A stretch of DNA of 64,000 nt from Octopus bimaculoides (Eukaryota). Below the pieces are notes generated by a model that saw only the letters and a list, made by a program, of their open reading frames with translations, did no database searches and was not told the DNA's origin. The stretch is taken from positions 22,545,069 through 22,609,068 of the forward strand of contig NC_068998.1 in NCBI RefSeq assembly GCF_001194135.2, read 5' to 3'. The position numbers and the translations under genes are program-made. Positions 38,701 to 51,377 of the stretch are shown here, in pieces. Position 1 is the stretch's first letter; each line of letters begins with the position of its first letter.

Positions 38701-39590
38701 AGTGTGCGTATGCATTTCAGTGATTGTTTTAGGCGATAGATACCGAAGCGACATTTGCATTATCACCATATCAATTAAAATTGTAAATATTTACAAATTA
38801 CGGATATATACAAGCATTATCTTTGAATGTATCATTCGCTTTCAGATTATACATTCCAACGGAATTACTGGCATAATTCCCAAACCGAGTAAGCTATGCA
38901 TTTCAAATTTTCAACAAATATACTTGAGATTGTGTTGCAGAAATGAAGTGCGAAAGTAGACAACTGAAAAAGAAACATTGAATGTGCACCCAAGTACTCA
39001 ATGAATAGAAGCGTTGTACTAAGTTATACTGTCGTTTCCTTTCAATGTAACAGGTGTCAGATTTCTCTAAATATACTTGAAATAGGTATCAAACAAATGC
39101 ATGACTCATTACCAACTTTATTTAACCAACACAAGATATTTATGAATTTCCGAAAATGCAATGCCATAAAGTAATGAAAAATTAAGAAATTAGTTCAGCA
39201 GTTCACATTGCTCGTGGTACAAACTCAGAAACCTTTAACTTGAAAACATCCATATAACTCACAAAATTTCTGCTTTAAGAATTTTCTCTGGATTGCTTGA
39301 AGGAGCATGCCTAGTTCAAAATAAACTACCCGAAACCAGACATAACATTGTTTTCAAAGGAAAGACATTGAACTCATTTGTAATCACAAGTTTGTACATA
39401 GCATAAAGATGAGTATTGACCAATGATTTATTAATTGCTTGCATCATAGAATCCAACAATAAGATTTAGTCGAAGTTTATTTTGTTTATTTTGATATGAT
39501 AATTATGATATGAAAAATGTGGTTACGAGTCAAAATATATACGTGTGTAGCTAGCTCCATACTTACGTTTGCATGGATTTCATAATACTA

Positions 39591-40023
39591 AGGCGGCGAG
39601 ATGGAAGAAACGTTAGCACGCGGGGCGAAATAATTAGCGGTGTTTTGTCTGCCGCTACGTTCTGAGTTCAAATTCCGCCGAGGTCGACTTTGCCGTTCAT
39701 CCTTTCGGGGTCGATTAAATAAGTACCAGCTACGCACTGGGGTCGATATAATCGACTTAATTCGTTTGTCTGTCCTTGTTTGTCCCCTCTGTGTGTAGCC
39801 CCTTGTGGGCAGTAAAGAAATAAGAAACGTTAGCACAGCGGACGAAATGCTTAACGGTATTTCGTCTGCTGCTACGTTCTGAGTTCAAATTCCGCCAAGG
39901 TCGACATTGCCTTTCATCCTTCCGGGGTTGATTAAATAAGTACCAGTTACGCACTGGGGTCAATCTAATCGACTGGCCACCTCCCAAAAATTTTCGGGCC
40001 TTGTGCCTAGAGTACAAAAGAAT
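39591..40023 (+). mobile_element. Head-to-tail pair of tRNA-derived SINEs (39591-39823 and 39822-40023)
   Basis: B-box-like gagttcaaattcc in both copies. The core gtcgactttgcc.ttcatcct.ggggt is shared and the 3' tails differ. Confidence 0.9.
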
Positions 40024-42344
40024 TTCATAATTTTGCACCACGATACACATTTTTGAGTTACTGCCTCTCTCCCATTGTAGAACATAATATGGATCCACTC
40101 AATCATAAACAATAGAACATTATTCCTAATCCTTATATTTCCATGAAATGATGTTTATTACATAAATTTGGGAAGTTTATTCGAAAGATCAATTTGTTAA
40201 CAAAACAAAATCCCTGATATTCATTGAAGTTGGAAGAATACTGTAATAAGAATCAGTTGCGATTGCATGTATTGAAACAAACTGTATCATATTTGTTTTC
40301 ATATGAGATAGGACGACTAAAGTCAATATGTGATTAGGATTCAGCGTGTTATCAGCTGGTATTTTTGTTCCATGTCGGTCTAAAAAATAGAGGATTATGT
40401 GAATGTTTTGTCACCATGATTAATTAGATCAGACCAGCAGGAATTGACAGTTAATGTGTTGAGAAGAATTAGTTCTATGCCAAATCAATGATTAATTACC
40501 ATGATAATGGTTTGTGCTTTCAGCGGCAAAAGAGGGAAAGAATATACAAGATGGGAAATAGTAATCTTTAAAGACGGATGAAAAAATGTAACAGTGGTTA
40601 AACTATACTTTAACATGCACCTGATTAATCATATTGACAACATGAAAAGACAGAGATCTTTCACTCGTGTACAACTTGCTTGTTTAAAGTTGATGAAAAT
40701 ATTGTCGTGTTCCTCTATTAAATTTGAAATCATCGAAATTAAAGTGCAAAGTATATACAAAAAGAAAGGTTTTGATCGAGGAATTGCAATTATTATTTTA
40801 CAACCTAAGGCATTAATGAAATTATATAGCAGGAATTTGTTTTTCGTGTAATATAGTTTTAAAAAAGATAGCAAATACTCTTATAATTGTAATTATAATG
40901 GAAATGAGTAAACATTATCAACTTTTTTAGGTACATACTGGTGGTGAGATTAGAAAAGTATCGACAATTTTCCCCAGAAATTATTGGAAAGATATACCGA
41001 ATATACAATGTTCCATTTGTTTTTATGAAGAAAATCAAATTTTTCGTTGCATAAAACATACACAAACTGATATTTAGGTTTCTGAAAGTCCCTAATATTA
41101 AACAGAAACTCTAGGTAGAGGCGAACAGTAAGAAGTCGTCAGACAACAAGCCCTCTTCATGCAAGTTTCAGAATCTAAGGCTTGAATAACTTGCACGATG
41201 AGGTACTTCTTTTTTGGAGTACTTCTACAGTCCAACTCTCCCTAGATTTTCTTGCTATAATTGAAGTAATATGAATAACTTATATTGAAGTAGATTAAAA
41301 GCAATATTCTTTAATGTGCACGATTATGAAAATGAATATTATTCGCGACAAATTATCGATTAGGTGCTGATAGTAAAAAGATTACATATGGTTTTAATTG
41401 ACATTTCTTTGAAAAATCATCTGTTGTCTTGTATAATATACATATTATTTCACGCTTCGGGAGTATATTATTCCGGTTCCCCTATACGAACCCGATGTCA
41501 TCAATTAACTTGCAATAAAATATATTTCAGTTGCATTATTTATTCTGAAGCTATGTTCTTTTGTCTTCGATATTGTTATATATTCATAAGGAAAGTGACC
41601 AGTTACATATCACAAAAGGGAAATATAAAGATTATATGTTACATGCTTTAATGCCGCAGTCACCGAAACTCAATTAGATTGTTATAATTAAATAAAATTC
41701 ATTAATAAAATATCAGAAGGTGAATCTTTTACGAATTTAACGGGAACGCTAATACAAATTACATACATGATTCTGAAACTCTCTTTTAGTGGGCAACTGA
41801 TTTTTCGCTATATATCCAAAGTTTTTGATTGCTTATCATAACGTCACTAAAGTTGAGAATATTGAGAATTACGTAATCTTTATGATTAATATTTTTAAAG
41901 AAATACTGTATGTTTATCATGAGAAGGCCACTCGAGCACATGCATTACAATGTATATCTCCTTTCTGTGAATGAATTTCATTATTATACAATTTCTGATT
42001 GACCCCTAGATGCATAAATTACGCAATATATTAGTAACGCAAAAAGTTTTAATAATTTTATTCTTATCAACATATTAAATTACACTGATACTATAATCAT
42101 ACTTAACTACATTACTAATATTTATTTGGCGGGTTAGCTGATTATACCTGGCACACCTGATTAGAAGTCGTCAAGAATTACAAGCTTAAGTTGCATGATA
42201 TAGTGATACAATTCACATGACGTATAAGTGTATACATGTACCCTTGCTATCATGATTAATTTTATACAATTCAACTTATAATTATGCAATATATTCCCAT
42301 TTTACATACGGAGGCAAAATGAATTGATATTACGTTAGTGTGCA

Positions 42345-42530
42345 TAAACGTTAGCAGACCCGGCATAATGATTAACAGCATTTCATCTGTCCATATGCTC
42401 TGAGCTCCAAATGCGCCCAGCTTGAGTTTGCCTTTGATCATTTGGGTTCGATATAATAAGTACTTGTTCACCACTGGGATAGACTTTCCCGCTCTCCCGA
42501 ACGTACTTGCCTTGTGCCAAAATTTGAAAA
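42345..42530 (+). mobile_element. Diverged SINE (39591 family)
   Basis: acgttagcagacccggc..catttcatctgtc..ctctgagctccaaat..tttgcctttgatc..ataataagtac..cactggg. Confidence 0.6.
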
Positions 42531-44284
42531 TCATATTACGCTAGTGTAGGGATTCTCAGTATTTTGCTATAAATTCTCAAGTTAGCAAATCTCCTAATGA
42601 TAAATACACAAATAAACTTACTCCACCATGAACCAGCTTCCTAAAAAGTTTCTGAAGAAATATACATTATTATCCAATGTTTAGATTGGAAAGTTCTCGT
42701 ATTGTTCGTCGTCTCTTCATACTCAGCTATTTGGTTCTGGTCTATCTCAGTTGGTTGAGAATCATCCCTTAACTTATATAAAGTTCTTCTGCATAATAGA
42801 ATATTATACATAAATACACAAATATATAATAAATATATATTCTTGACGTACTTGTAAAGAATTCCGCTGTGATATTCAAATGGCAAATATAGTTTTAATT
42901 TTTTCTCAGAGCATATTTTTCCTCCGTAGTCCTTTAAGTTATGCATTTTATATGCTTCTCGTACGCCACTTTGATCAATGAATGCTTAAAGGAACATATA
43001 AAGTATTATCTCTTCTACACTCCATTATATAATATTTATTCATAATTTTGCTAATTATTTCTGTGCATTCAACAGCTTCAAATGTAAGAAATATAGCAAG
43101 TATACAAAACATGCCGTAAAAATTGGATCTTAGTTTACATTCGATGTGTTGATTTTCCATTTCTTTATTATGAGACTCAATTACATGTTATCTTCTAAAA
43201 TTCAATAATTTCATTTTTAAAAAAAAGATTGAATAAGTTAAAATGTTCATCCTGTAAAATGTTCATTCAATGAAGTCTCCATATATGTGAGAGGTATGTT
43301 TAACATGCCTGAGTAAATTTACAGCATGATATATACTTGCCATAATCAGGAACGATTCATACAATTTAATTTCTTATGCGAATTCAAGTGCTACCATAGA
43401 AACAACCTTTAAAATATATGGGTAGTTGAATTCAGTCATTGCTACATTTCATGTATAAAGAGTTCAAATCATTTTTCTAAGCCACGTATGTTGATATCAT
43501 ATATTTGTAAAGTGAATTGCTACACAATAAATATCAAATGAGATAAAATTATCTCCGATACAAAATTAAAAGAACGGAAATGAAATAACAGAGTATATGA
43601 AAACGTATTTGAAGTATTGTTGTCAAACTATTTTTGAAGTTGCTCATAATTTGTCTAATCTTTTCTTCATCCTATGCAGTTAATACTTTCTTTTCAGATT
43701 ATTTTCAAGTATTTACATATACAATGATACTTTTCATGGAATATTACTTAAAGGTTTGTTTTATCGTCTTGTTTATTTCTCTAAATATTCTTCTTTCAGA
43801 CTATTTAATCAATAACTTATTCTTTTGTATACAATCATAAGTGCATACAGAGGCATTTACAAAAGAAAACGATTAAATCCACGAAAATATACATACACGC
43901 ACTTACATATATGATATATATATATATATATATACATATTAAAGTATTAATTTGAAAGAGACAAGTTCCAAGGCCAATAATACTCCTCATCAAAGCCAAC
44001 ACATATCTAAACACAGAAGGCATATATAAGCCGTTATATGCATAAGAAGACGTAACATACAAAACACATATATACATATAATAGTATAATTTCGTACCCA
44101 AATCAAAGTCGGACACGTAATTACATAAATACATTCAGATAAATTAAGAAGTCCAAGCTGATGAGATAAAAGTTAACAATAATCCAAAAGACAAGTCCTC
44201 AAATGAATCCAATAAATAGAAAGAATCTTACGGCCTTTTCCGGGAATGTGCATACATAGTGCATATCTATATATCTCTCTATCG

Positions 44285-44335
<51 letters not shown>

Positions 44336-44455
44336 AATTCCGTTTTACCTGATAGGAATCGTAAACTAAATTAAGTATAACGCTGCAGAGGGAACTGCGT
44401 AAGTAAAATCCGAGTAAGAGAGGAAACCAGATTAATAATATTAATAACAATATTA

Positions 44456-45290
44456 ATGATAAAGGGTGTGCCTAGGACAACTTGTAACCTCAGAAATCCT
44501 AATTTATGTCCCCTTGCTGGTTTCTACTTAAGAACAAATGTGGTTTATAAAAGTGTATTTAAAGGGGACTGTTATCCCAGTAAAATATACATTGGGAGCA
44601 CGGTTAATTCTAAAAGGAGATATAGGGCCCACATACATGGTTTCTCGAACGCAAAATATTGTAACTCTACCACGCTTGCCTCGTACATACACGACTTTAG
44701 GAAGAAGAATCGGAGTTACAATCTTGAATGTTCCATTATTTCGGGGACCTCTCATTTTAGTCTAAATATTCATAAGTGTAAATTGTGCATAAGGGAGTCA
44801 TATATTTTTCTTAAATCATATAGACAAAAATTATTGAATAAATTCACTGATGTAATCCTCTTTAGCAATCATTATCTTTTCTACATTTTTAATGTATACA
44901 AAAATACAATTAAGCCTATTAGATGACCATTTTTTTTTGCCCGCCTTGGTTTGAAACCGGATAGTAATTCGAACAATCTCTGAATTCTATCAACTTGTTT
45001 TATTGAGATGAAAAAATTATGAATTTTAGTATAATCCTTGCTGATACAGTCATGATTTTAAACTTACACATTTTAAATTCTTTTTATTCTTAGGGCTAAT
45101 GAATGTTATTGCGTACACACTCTACACTTCTGTTGCCTTTTTTGTTTCTTGTAATAATAATTATGGATTACTAGAGCGGGAAACCCCTCTGATGAAGATA
45201 TATTTTTGGAATTGATGAAGGGGCCACTGCCGATTTGTGTTTTAATGTGTAGGTGCTCTTCAAACGGCCGTCGGCACGGATTTATCCTTG
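44456..45290 (+). mobile_element. Penelope-like element 3' end: GIY-YIG endonuclease plus pLTR-like region with decayed hammerhead motifs
   Basis: ORF 44456-44926: CPLAGFYLRTNVVYK..IYIGSTVNSKRRYRAH..NSTTLASYI..CKLCIRES. Downstream CTGATGA-like and GAAAC-like motifs lie at 44914-44963 and 45189-45274. Confidence 0.85.
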
Positions 45291-45359
45291 CATTATTCTG
45301 AATTCCTTTTTTCTTTCGAACTTGACGGATTCAATTTACATTTAATAGTGTAACTTAAC

Positions 45360-45394
45360 ATATATATATATTTATATAAATATGTGTGTGTGTG

Positions 45395-45485
<91 letters not shown>
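45360..45485. repeat. (TA)n/(TG)n compound microsatellite
   Basis: Seen directly. Confidence 0.95.
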
Positions 45486-48400
45486 CATAGATCACATATT
45501 GTGTCTATTAAGACCTAAATTGTTCTCAACATGAAATATAGCAGCATACCAAAACGTGAGCGGGCAAGTCATTTAAAATCACCTAAANNNNNNNNNNNNN
45601 NNNNNNNNNNNNNNNNNNNNNNNNNNNNNNNNNNNNNNNNNNNNNNNNNNNNNNNNNNNNNNNNNNNNNNNNNNNNNNNNNNNNNNNNNNNNNNNNNNNN
45701 NNNNNNNNNNNNNNNNNNNNNNNNNNNNNNNNNNNNNNNNNNNNNNNNNNNNNNNNNNNNNNNNNNNNNNNNNNNNNNNNNNNNNNNNNNNNNNNNNNNN
45801 NNNNNNNNNNNNNNNNNNNNNNNNNNNNNNNNNNNNNNNNNNNNNNNNNNNNNNNNNNNNNNNNNNNNNNNNNNNNNNNNNNNNNNNNNNNNNNNNNNNN
45901 NNNNNNNNNNNNNNNNNNNNNNNNNNNNNNNNNNNNNNNNNNNNNNNNNNNNNNNNNNNNNNNNNNNNNNNNNNNNNNNNNNNNNNNNNNNNNNNNNNNN
46001 NNNNNNNNNNNNNNNNNNNNNNNNNNNNNNNNNNNNNNNNNNNNNNNNNNNNNNNNNNNNNNNNNNNNNNNNNNNNNNNNNNNNNNNNNNNNNNNNNNNN
46101 NNNNNNNNNNNNNNNNNNNNNNNNNNNNNNNNNNNNNNNNNNNNNNNNNNNNNNNNNNNNNNNNNNNNNNNNNNNNNNNNNNNNNNNNNNNNNNNNNNNN
46201 NNNNNNNNNNNNNNNNNNNNNNNNNNNNNNNNNNNNNNNNNNNNNNNNNNNNNNNNNNNNNNNNNNNNNNNNNNNNNNNNNNNNNNNNNNNNNNNNNNNN
46301 NNNNNNNNNNNNNNNNNNNNNNNNNNNNNNNNNNNNNNNNNNNNNNNNNNNNNNNNNNNNNNNNNNNNNNNNNNNNNNNNNNNNNNNNNNNNNNNNNNNN
46401 NNNNNNNNNNNNNNNNNNNNNNNNNNNNNNNNNNNNNNNNNNNNNNNNNNNNNNNNNNNNNNNNNNNNNNNNNNNNNNNNTATATATATATATATATGTA
46501 TATATTTATGTATATATATGTAAATATGTATGTATTAAATTCCTAATTAAATACCACTAGTAATGCATCTAATATCGATCGTACATGCACAACTCACCTC
46601 GAATCGACTCAAGGGTGGTGGTCACCGCTATTTTATCTTTATTGTGGCTTATAAACGCCCGTACTTGGGTCTAACCATAGACGAAGTAAATGCTACCCTG
46701 CTGCAATTTCGGTGAATAAACAAAGCATACGTATTATGTACGTGCGATCAGTAATTTTCCTATACATTTATGTGTGTGTATGTGTGTGTGATTGTTTGTG
46801 TGTATTGTGTATGTACGTATATATGTTCTCATTTCATATTCTTTGTCGCTATATGTTCGTACTGTACATGTGTTTTAATGTATATTGCTGTTAGTTATAC
46901 ATAAATATATCTAAGCATTTTATTTTATTCATCCGTAAATTTAATTCTGTTTTTATATATGCATTCGCAAATTTCCATATATAACATTTTTTGATTGACT
47001 TGAAAACATGCTAGAATAAAATAAGCAAATTTATCTTGCGCTTTGTTGATATGTTCCTTAACATCTGCTTGTCGTAAATCTCTATTAATTCCCCCTTAGG
47101 TGGTGAACGTTGACAAGATTACTTTTTAGGCTTCATAAGCAAATGGCAATTGAAGGAAAATGGACGCATGATTTTTTATGTTTCTAAATAACTGTATCTA
47201 ATTTAAGGCTGATAAAATGAGCCCATCTGATTAAAAGTGTTCAGCATATCAAATAGTTAATGCCCGAATATATATAAAATGATTATATGCAAAGAAAAAA
47301 AGAATCAGGAAACAAATTGTATATGTCTCTCCGTATGCAATAGAAGCAAACGTTTTATCATTGACCATTTGCAGAGAAAGTTATTATAGTTCATACTCGA
47401 GGACTAATTATATTGTGTACGAATTAGAGTAAATATGTAAGAAAACATAGTTTATAATCCTAAAGAATTATGCTGGGATTTCCTTTATTGAAACTATATG
47501 AGATTAATATGTCTGGCGATTCGCTTTAATGTTCGAATAATTGCTGAGGTATGAAGTATAATTTGTTTTGTTAATCTGTAATTCTTTTAACATACATTTC
47601 TTGTATAGTGTATCTAAGCATTTTGAAAACCCTGCTTCTAAATGTGCTTAATAAATTTACACATGAATCTCATTTTGAAGAATTACAAGGAAATTCTGAA
47701 ACACTTATTCGGTTAGGAGTCAGAAATCACCAGACTGGAAATGTTGGCTATGCATTTATAATGAATTGATATAGCGGTATGTGAATATGTGTATGTGGGT
47801 CCGCATGCGTGTGTGTTTGTGTCCGTGTTGTGTATGTGTGTTTGTTCGTTTATTTCTAAAAGTGTCTTAATGTATGCAACATTTCAAAATATATCACGTG
47901 CATGAGCGAATGGAATCAATATTGCTGTGACTTATGTAGAAATGTCTATGTTTAACTATGGTATAACACAATGTCTTACCATTTCAATTAATTTACTAAC
48001 TTAAGTTCTTATTATGCAAAGTTGCTTTCTACTTCTGCCTCAGTTGTGCAGTTGCCTTATGAATCAGTATAATGTTTATATAAATTACAAAATTCATAAC
48101 TGAATAATTATGCGTGACGTGCAACATAACCAATATGTTACAGCATAAAGTAAAATTTATTTTGCTTATTTACTAGATTTCATCCCCATACTTTGGAGCA
48201 CTTAGGTGCTGAATGAAAAAAAACTATATTTGTTACGCGTCATTTACTGTGATGATTAAAAAAAAAAATCAAAAGCAAATCGTATTATATTTCACAACGG
48301 CTATTGAAGCCGTTATATACCATTTGTTTATTTTCCTTTATGTCGTTACTCTTGAGGTATTATTAATGATCTTTTGCAGCATAGTACAAATTACTAAGAT

Positions 48401-49638
48401 GTGCATCTTGTTGTTTATGAATTAAGGGTTTTTTTTTTTCTCGCGTTATATATTTACATTAGATTTTGCAGAATGATGTACGCTTTCCTTTTACTTTGAT
48501 GCATGTAAGATATCTAGGAATGAAAAATACTATGAAGTTACGCGCTTTCGTTTTTTGTTATAAAATTCAGCGCAGAAATTATTTACAGATGTGTACTGCT
48601 GTCTGCCAAATCGATAATAATTTATCGTGTACGAATAAGTAGTGAGACGCAACACGATAATGTAAACATTCATACGGTCCGGCAGATTTGAAGATGAATA
48701 CTTTTATCGGTATTGTACATCGAATTCGAATAACTGTCTTTAAGGTGAAAAGCGTTGACAATACTCTCGATTCATCAACTCTGAGGAGTGACTATGGGAC
48801 AATGATGTGTCGAAATGTCTGTGTCGTTTCCGTTAAATACCACACATTATCCTAAAAGGCATGTGTCATGCAGGAGTGAGTAACATATTCATCGTCAAAA
48901 CTCCGAGAACATAGTAGGAAAGAATTTGTTCATAATCGTTTTGTTTCCTCATATAGTTTATTACTAGAATTTTATAGCTAACTTTTTTGTATATATAATA
49001 CTATCTCAGGTATTCATCTATACTATATATAAAACAGAGATGTGTGTGTAATCGCTTATCACGTGAAAACGGCTTCACTATTTACTTCCTTACTTGTTAT
49101 ACATGAATAATTTGATCTCGGATAAATCTTAGGCTCTTCATCTGATTTTTTTAATTAAAAATAAATAATATTGCTTTATATTTATGATTCACTTCTTTAA
49201 ATAGGTTACTCAATGTCAACTTCCGGTATCGACGTAACAACGGCTTACATACTTGTGATGCAATGTCAACTTCCGGTATTGCGCGAGCGCATACACATGT
49301 GTGTCTTTGTAAATATGTTTGTATACATTTATGTAAGTGTGTGTTTGTAACAGACAGAGTGTGAGTGAGTCAAGGGATGTGTTGTCATATGCATCCATCA
49401 TTTTTGGATGTATGTGTGCGTGTGAGTGTGTATGTGAGACGGAGTGAGAGCGGTGTGTATGTAGTATTTACTCTCTCTCTCTCTCTCTCTCTCATACGCA
49501 CGCACACACACACACACTCACACGCAAAGATGTATGCATATTTATGCATGTACGTATACATGACAACAAACCTCTCTCTCTTTCTCTCTCTCTCTGTCAC
49601 ACACACACACACACAAACGTCCATTTCATCTGATGTGT

Positions 49639-49681
<43 letters not shown>

Positions 49682-49789
49682 CGTGGNNNNNNNNNNGCCA
49701 TTTATTTCAATTACTCTTGTGAGGATATTCACGTAAATCATTTCTTTCATTTAATCCCCATTTTAAGTTTCGTAAAACTTTCCAAGTAC

Positions 49790-50075
49790 CATCATCACCA
49801 TCATCATCATCATCGTTTAACGTCCGCTTTCCATGCTAGCATGGGTTGGACGATTTGACTGAGGACTGGTGAAACCAGATGGCAACGCCAGGCTCCATTC
49901 TAATTTGGCAGAGTTTCTACAGCTGGATGCCCTTCCTAACGCCAACCACTCAGAGAGTGTAGTGGGTGCTTTTACGTGTCACCCGCACGAGGGCCAGTCA
50001 GGCGGTACTGGCAACGGCCACGCTCAAAATGGTGTCTTTTATGTGCCACTCCTCAGCAACGCCGGGTGCCTCTGC
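49790..50075 (-). mobile_element. SINE or LINE 3' end with (GAT)n tail (RTE-like tail, recalled)
   Basis: On the + strand, (cat)n-cgtttaacgtccgctttccatgctagcatgggttggacg..ctggatgcccttcctaacgccaacc. The family assignment is from recall. Confidence 0.6.
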
Positions 50076-51109
50076 TAGTTACTGTATATAATTACTTAAT
50101 TTTGAAATTTCACAATGTACGCATATATTCTATTGTTAAATATGATGGCATGATTTTCAGTTCAATTTATCAATTCACCAATATGTTCTCGAAATAGAGA
50201 GAGAGGGAGATAAATTCGTTATAGGTATGTGTGATTAGAATCATTTGACACAATGTGATACAGAAATAATTTGTACTGTAACAACAAAGTATATTCAGGG
50301 GGTGTATACAAGTTTTGATTCCATCAATCTTTGCTACCAAACGTTTACAAATATACTCCAAGAAAATTGTGAAGCTCTTTTTTCTGCGTGGCAACGATAA
50401 AAATAACAAATAGAAAGTTGTAAAGACTTTCCGTATTCCCGAGCGTCATACTAATACATCCTTTTGTTGTTTACACCACCTGTTCTCGTCTGTTGTTGTT
50501 TTTTCGTACATTCTCCTACAAAGAAATAAAGTTTCGTAATAATATCATGAACTTTGTGATAAAGCTTATGAAGGAATATTATTCGTTCAACCACGAAGCC
50601 TTGTAGGACTCCACACGCAGAGATTACTGGAGGGCTTGCCGAACTGACATTTGAAAAAGGAAATATAACAAATATCATTTAGTAAACCAATGGCAACTTG
50701 GATGGGAATACACTTTGACAAATATTTCTGAGATAAAATGACAAGGGAAAATTGTATTCATGATTCACCAATGCCTGGCACACAAGTAGTACCTCTCAGA
50801 AAGACGATGGGGTGATGATATTTCTTGAGTACATTTGGATTATCATCCACTTTCAAATGGTTTAGGCTTAACAACCGAGATATATGAGTATAACTACGAA
50901 AGTCCCCAAATTCCTTTCTTTAATAATCAGATGAGTTAATAATTGTCAGCAATTCAACAGAAATGTCAAGTACAATGAAAACCATTAGCAACTACATAAT
51001 TTTTCTCGTCTGGCCGTAAAGCCTTTTCTATTTGTTTTCCTGTCTTGTTTTTTGTCCGCCACTACATTCCTCCATGGCGAGATTTAATTTGCGTATACAA
51101 ATTTAATCT

Positions 51110-51335
51110 GTGATCCATGGGACGATCCGTTTTAGCGATGCGTCCTGCCCAAGCTCGTCGAAACGCCGGTGTTAAAACGTGGGTGGCTGATGAAGGAGAT
51201 GTTCTCTATGTGGCTCGTGTGTTCTCGTCAACGTTTGTTTGCAATGTCCTGTACCCAGATATGCACCTGTACATACAGGTGGATGTCGGTATGCACATAC
51301 CTGTACGTATATATGCATATACTCATTTACTATTT

Positions 51336-51340
<5 letters not shown>
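51110..51340 (+). repeat. Probable PLE-associated noncoding repeat with split hammerhead-like motifs
   Basis: gacga..tcgtc-GAAAC-gccggt-gt at ~51121-51172 and CTGATGA-aggaga at 51187. Stem I is not formed. Confidence 0.35.

Positions 51341-51377
<37 letters not shown>

Noticed and set aside
39591-39700. tRNA gene candidates from A/B-box motifs
   Set aside because: No cloverleaf; these are SINE heads.
46560-46760. Possible inverted repeat (gatcgtacatg..gtacgtgcgatc)
   Set aside because: The match is too short and imperfect and the interior does not pair.
49211-49279. Repeat-spacer-repeat resembling CRISPR
   Set aside because: Only two 19-bp repeats, a eukaryotic context and no cas genes.
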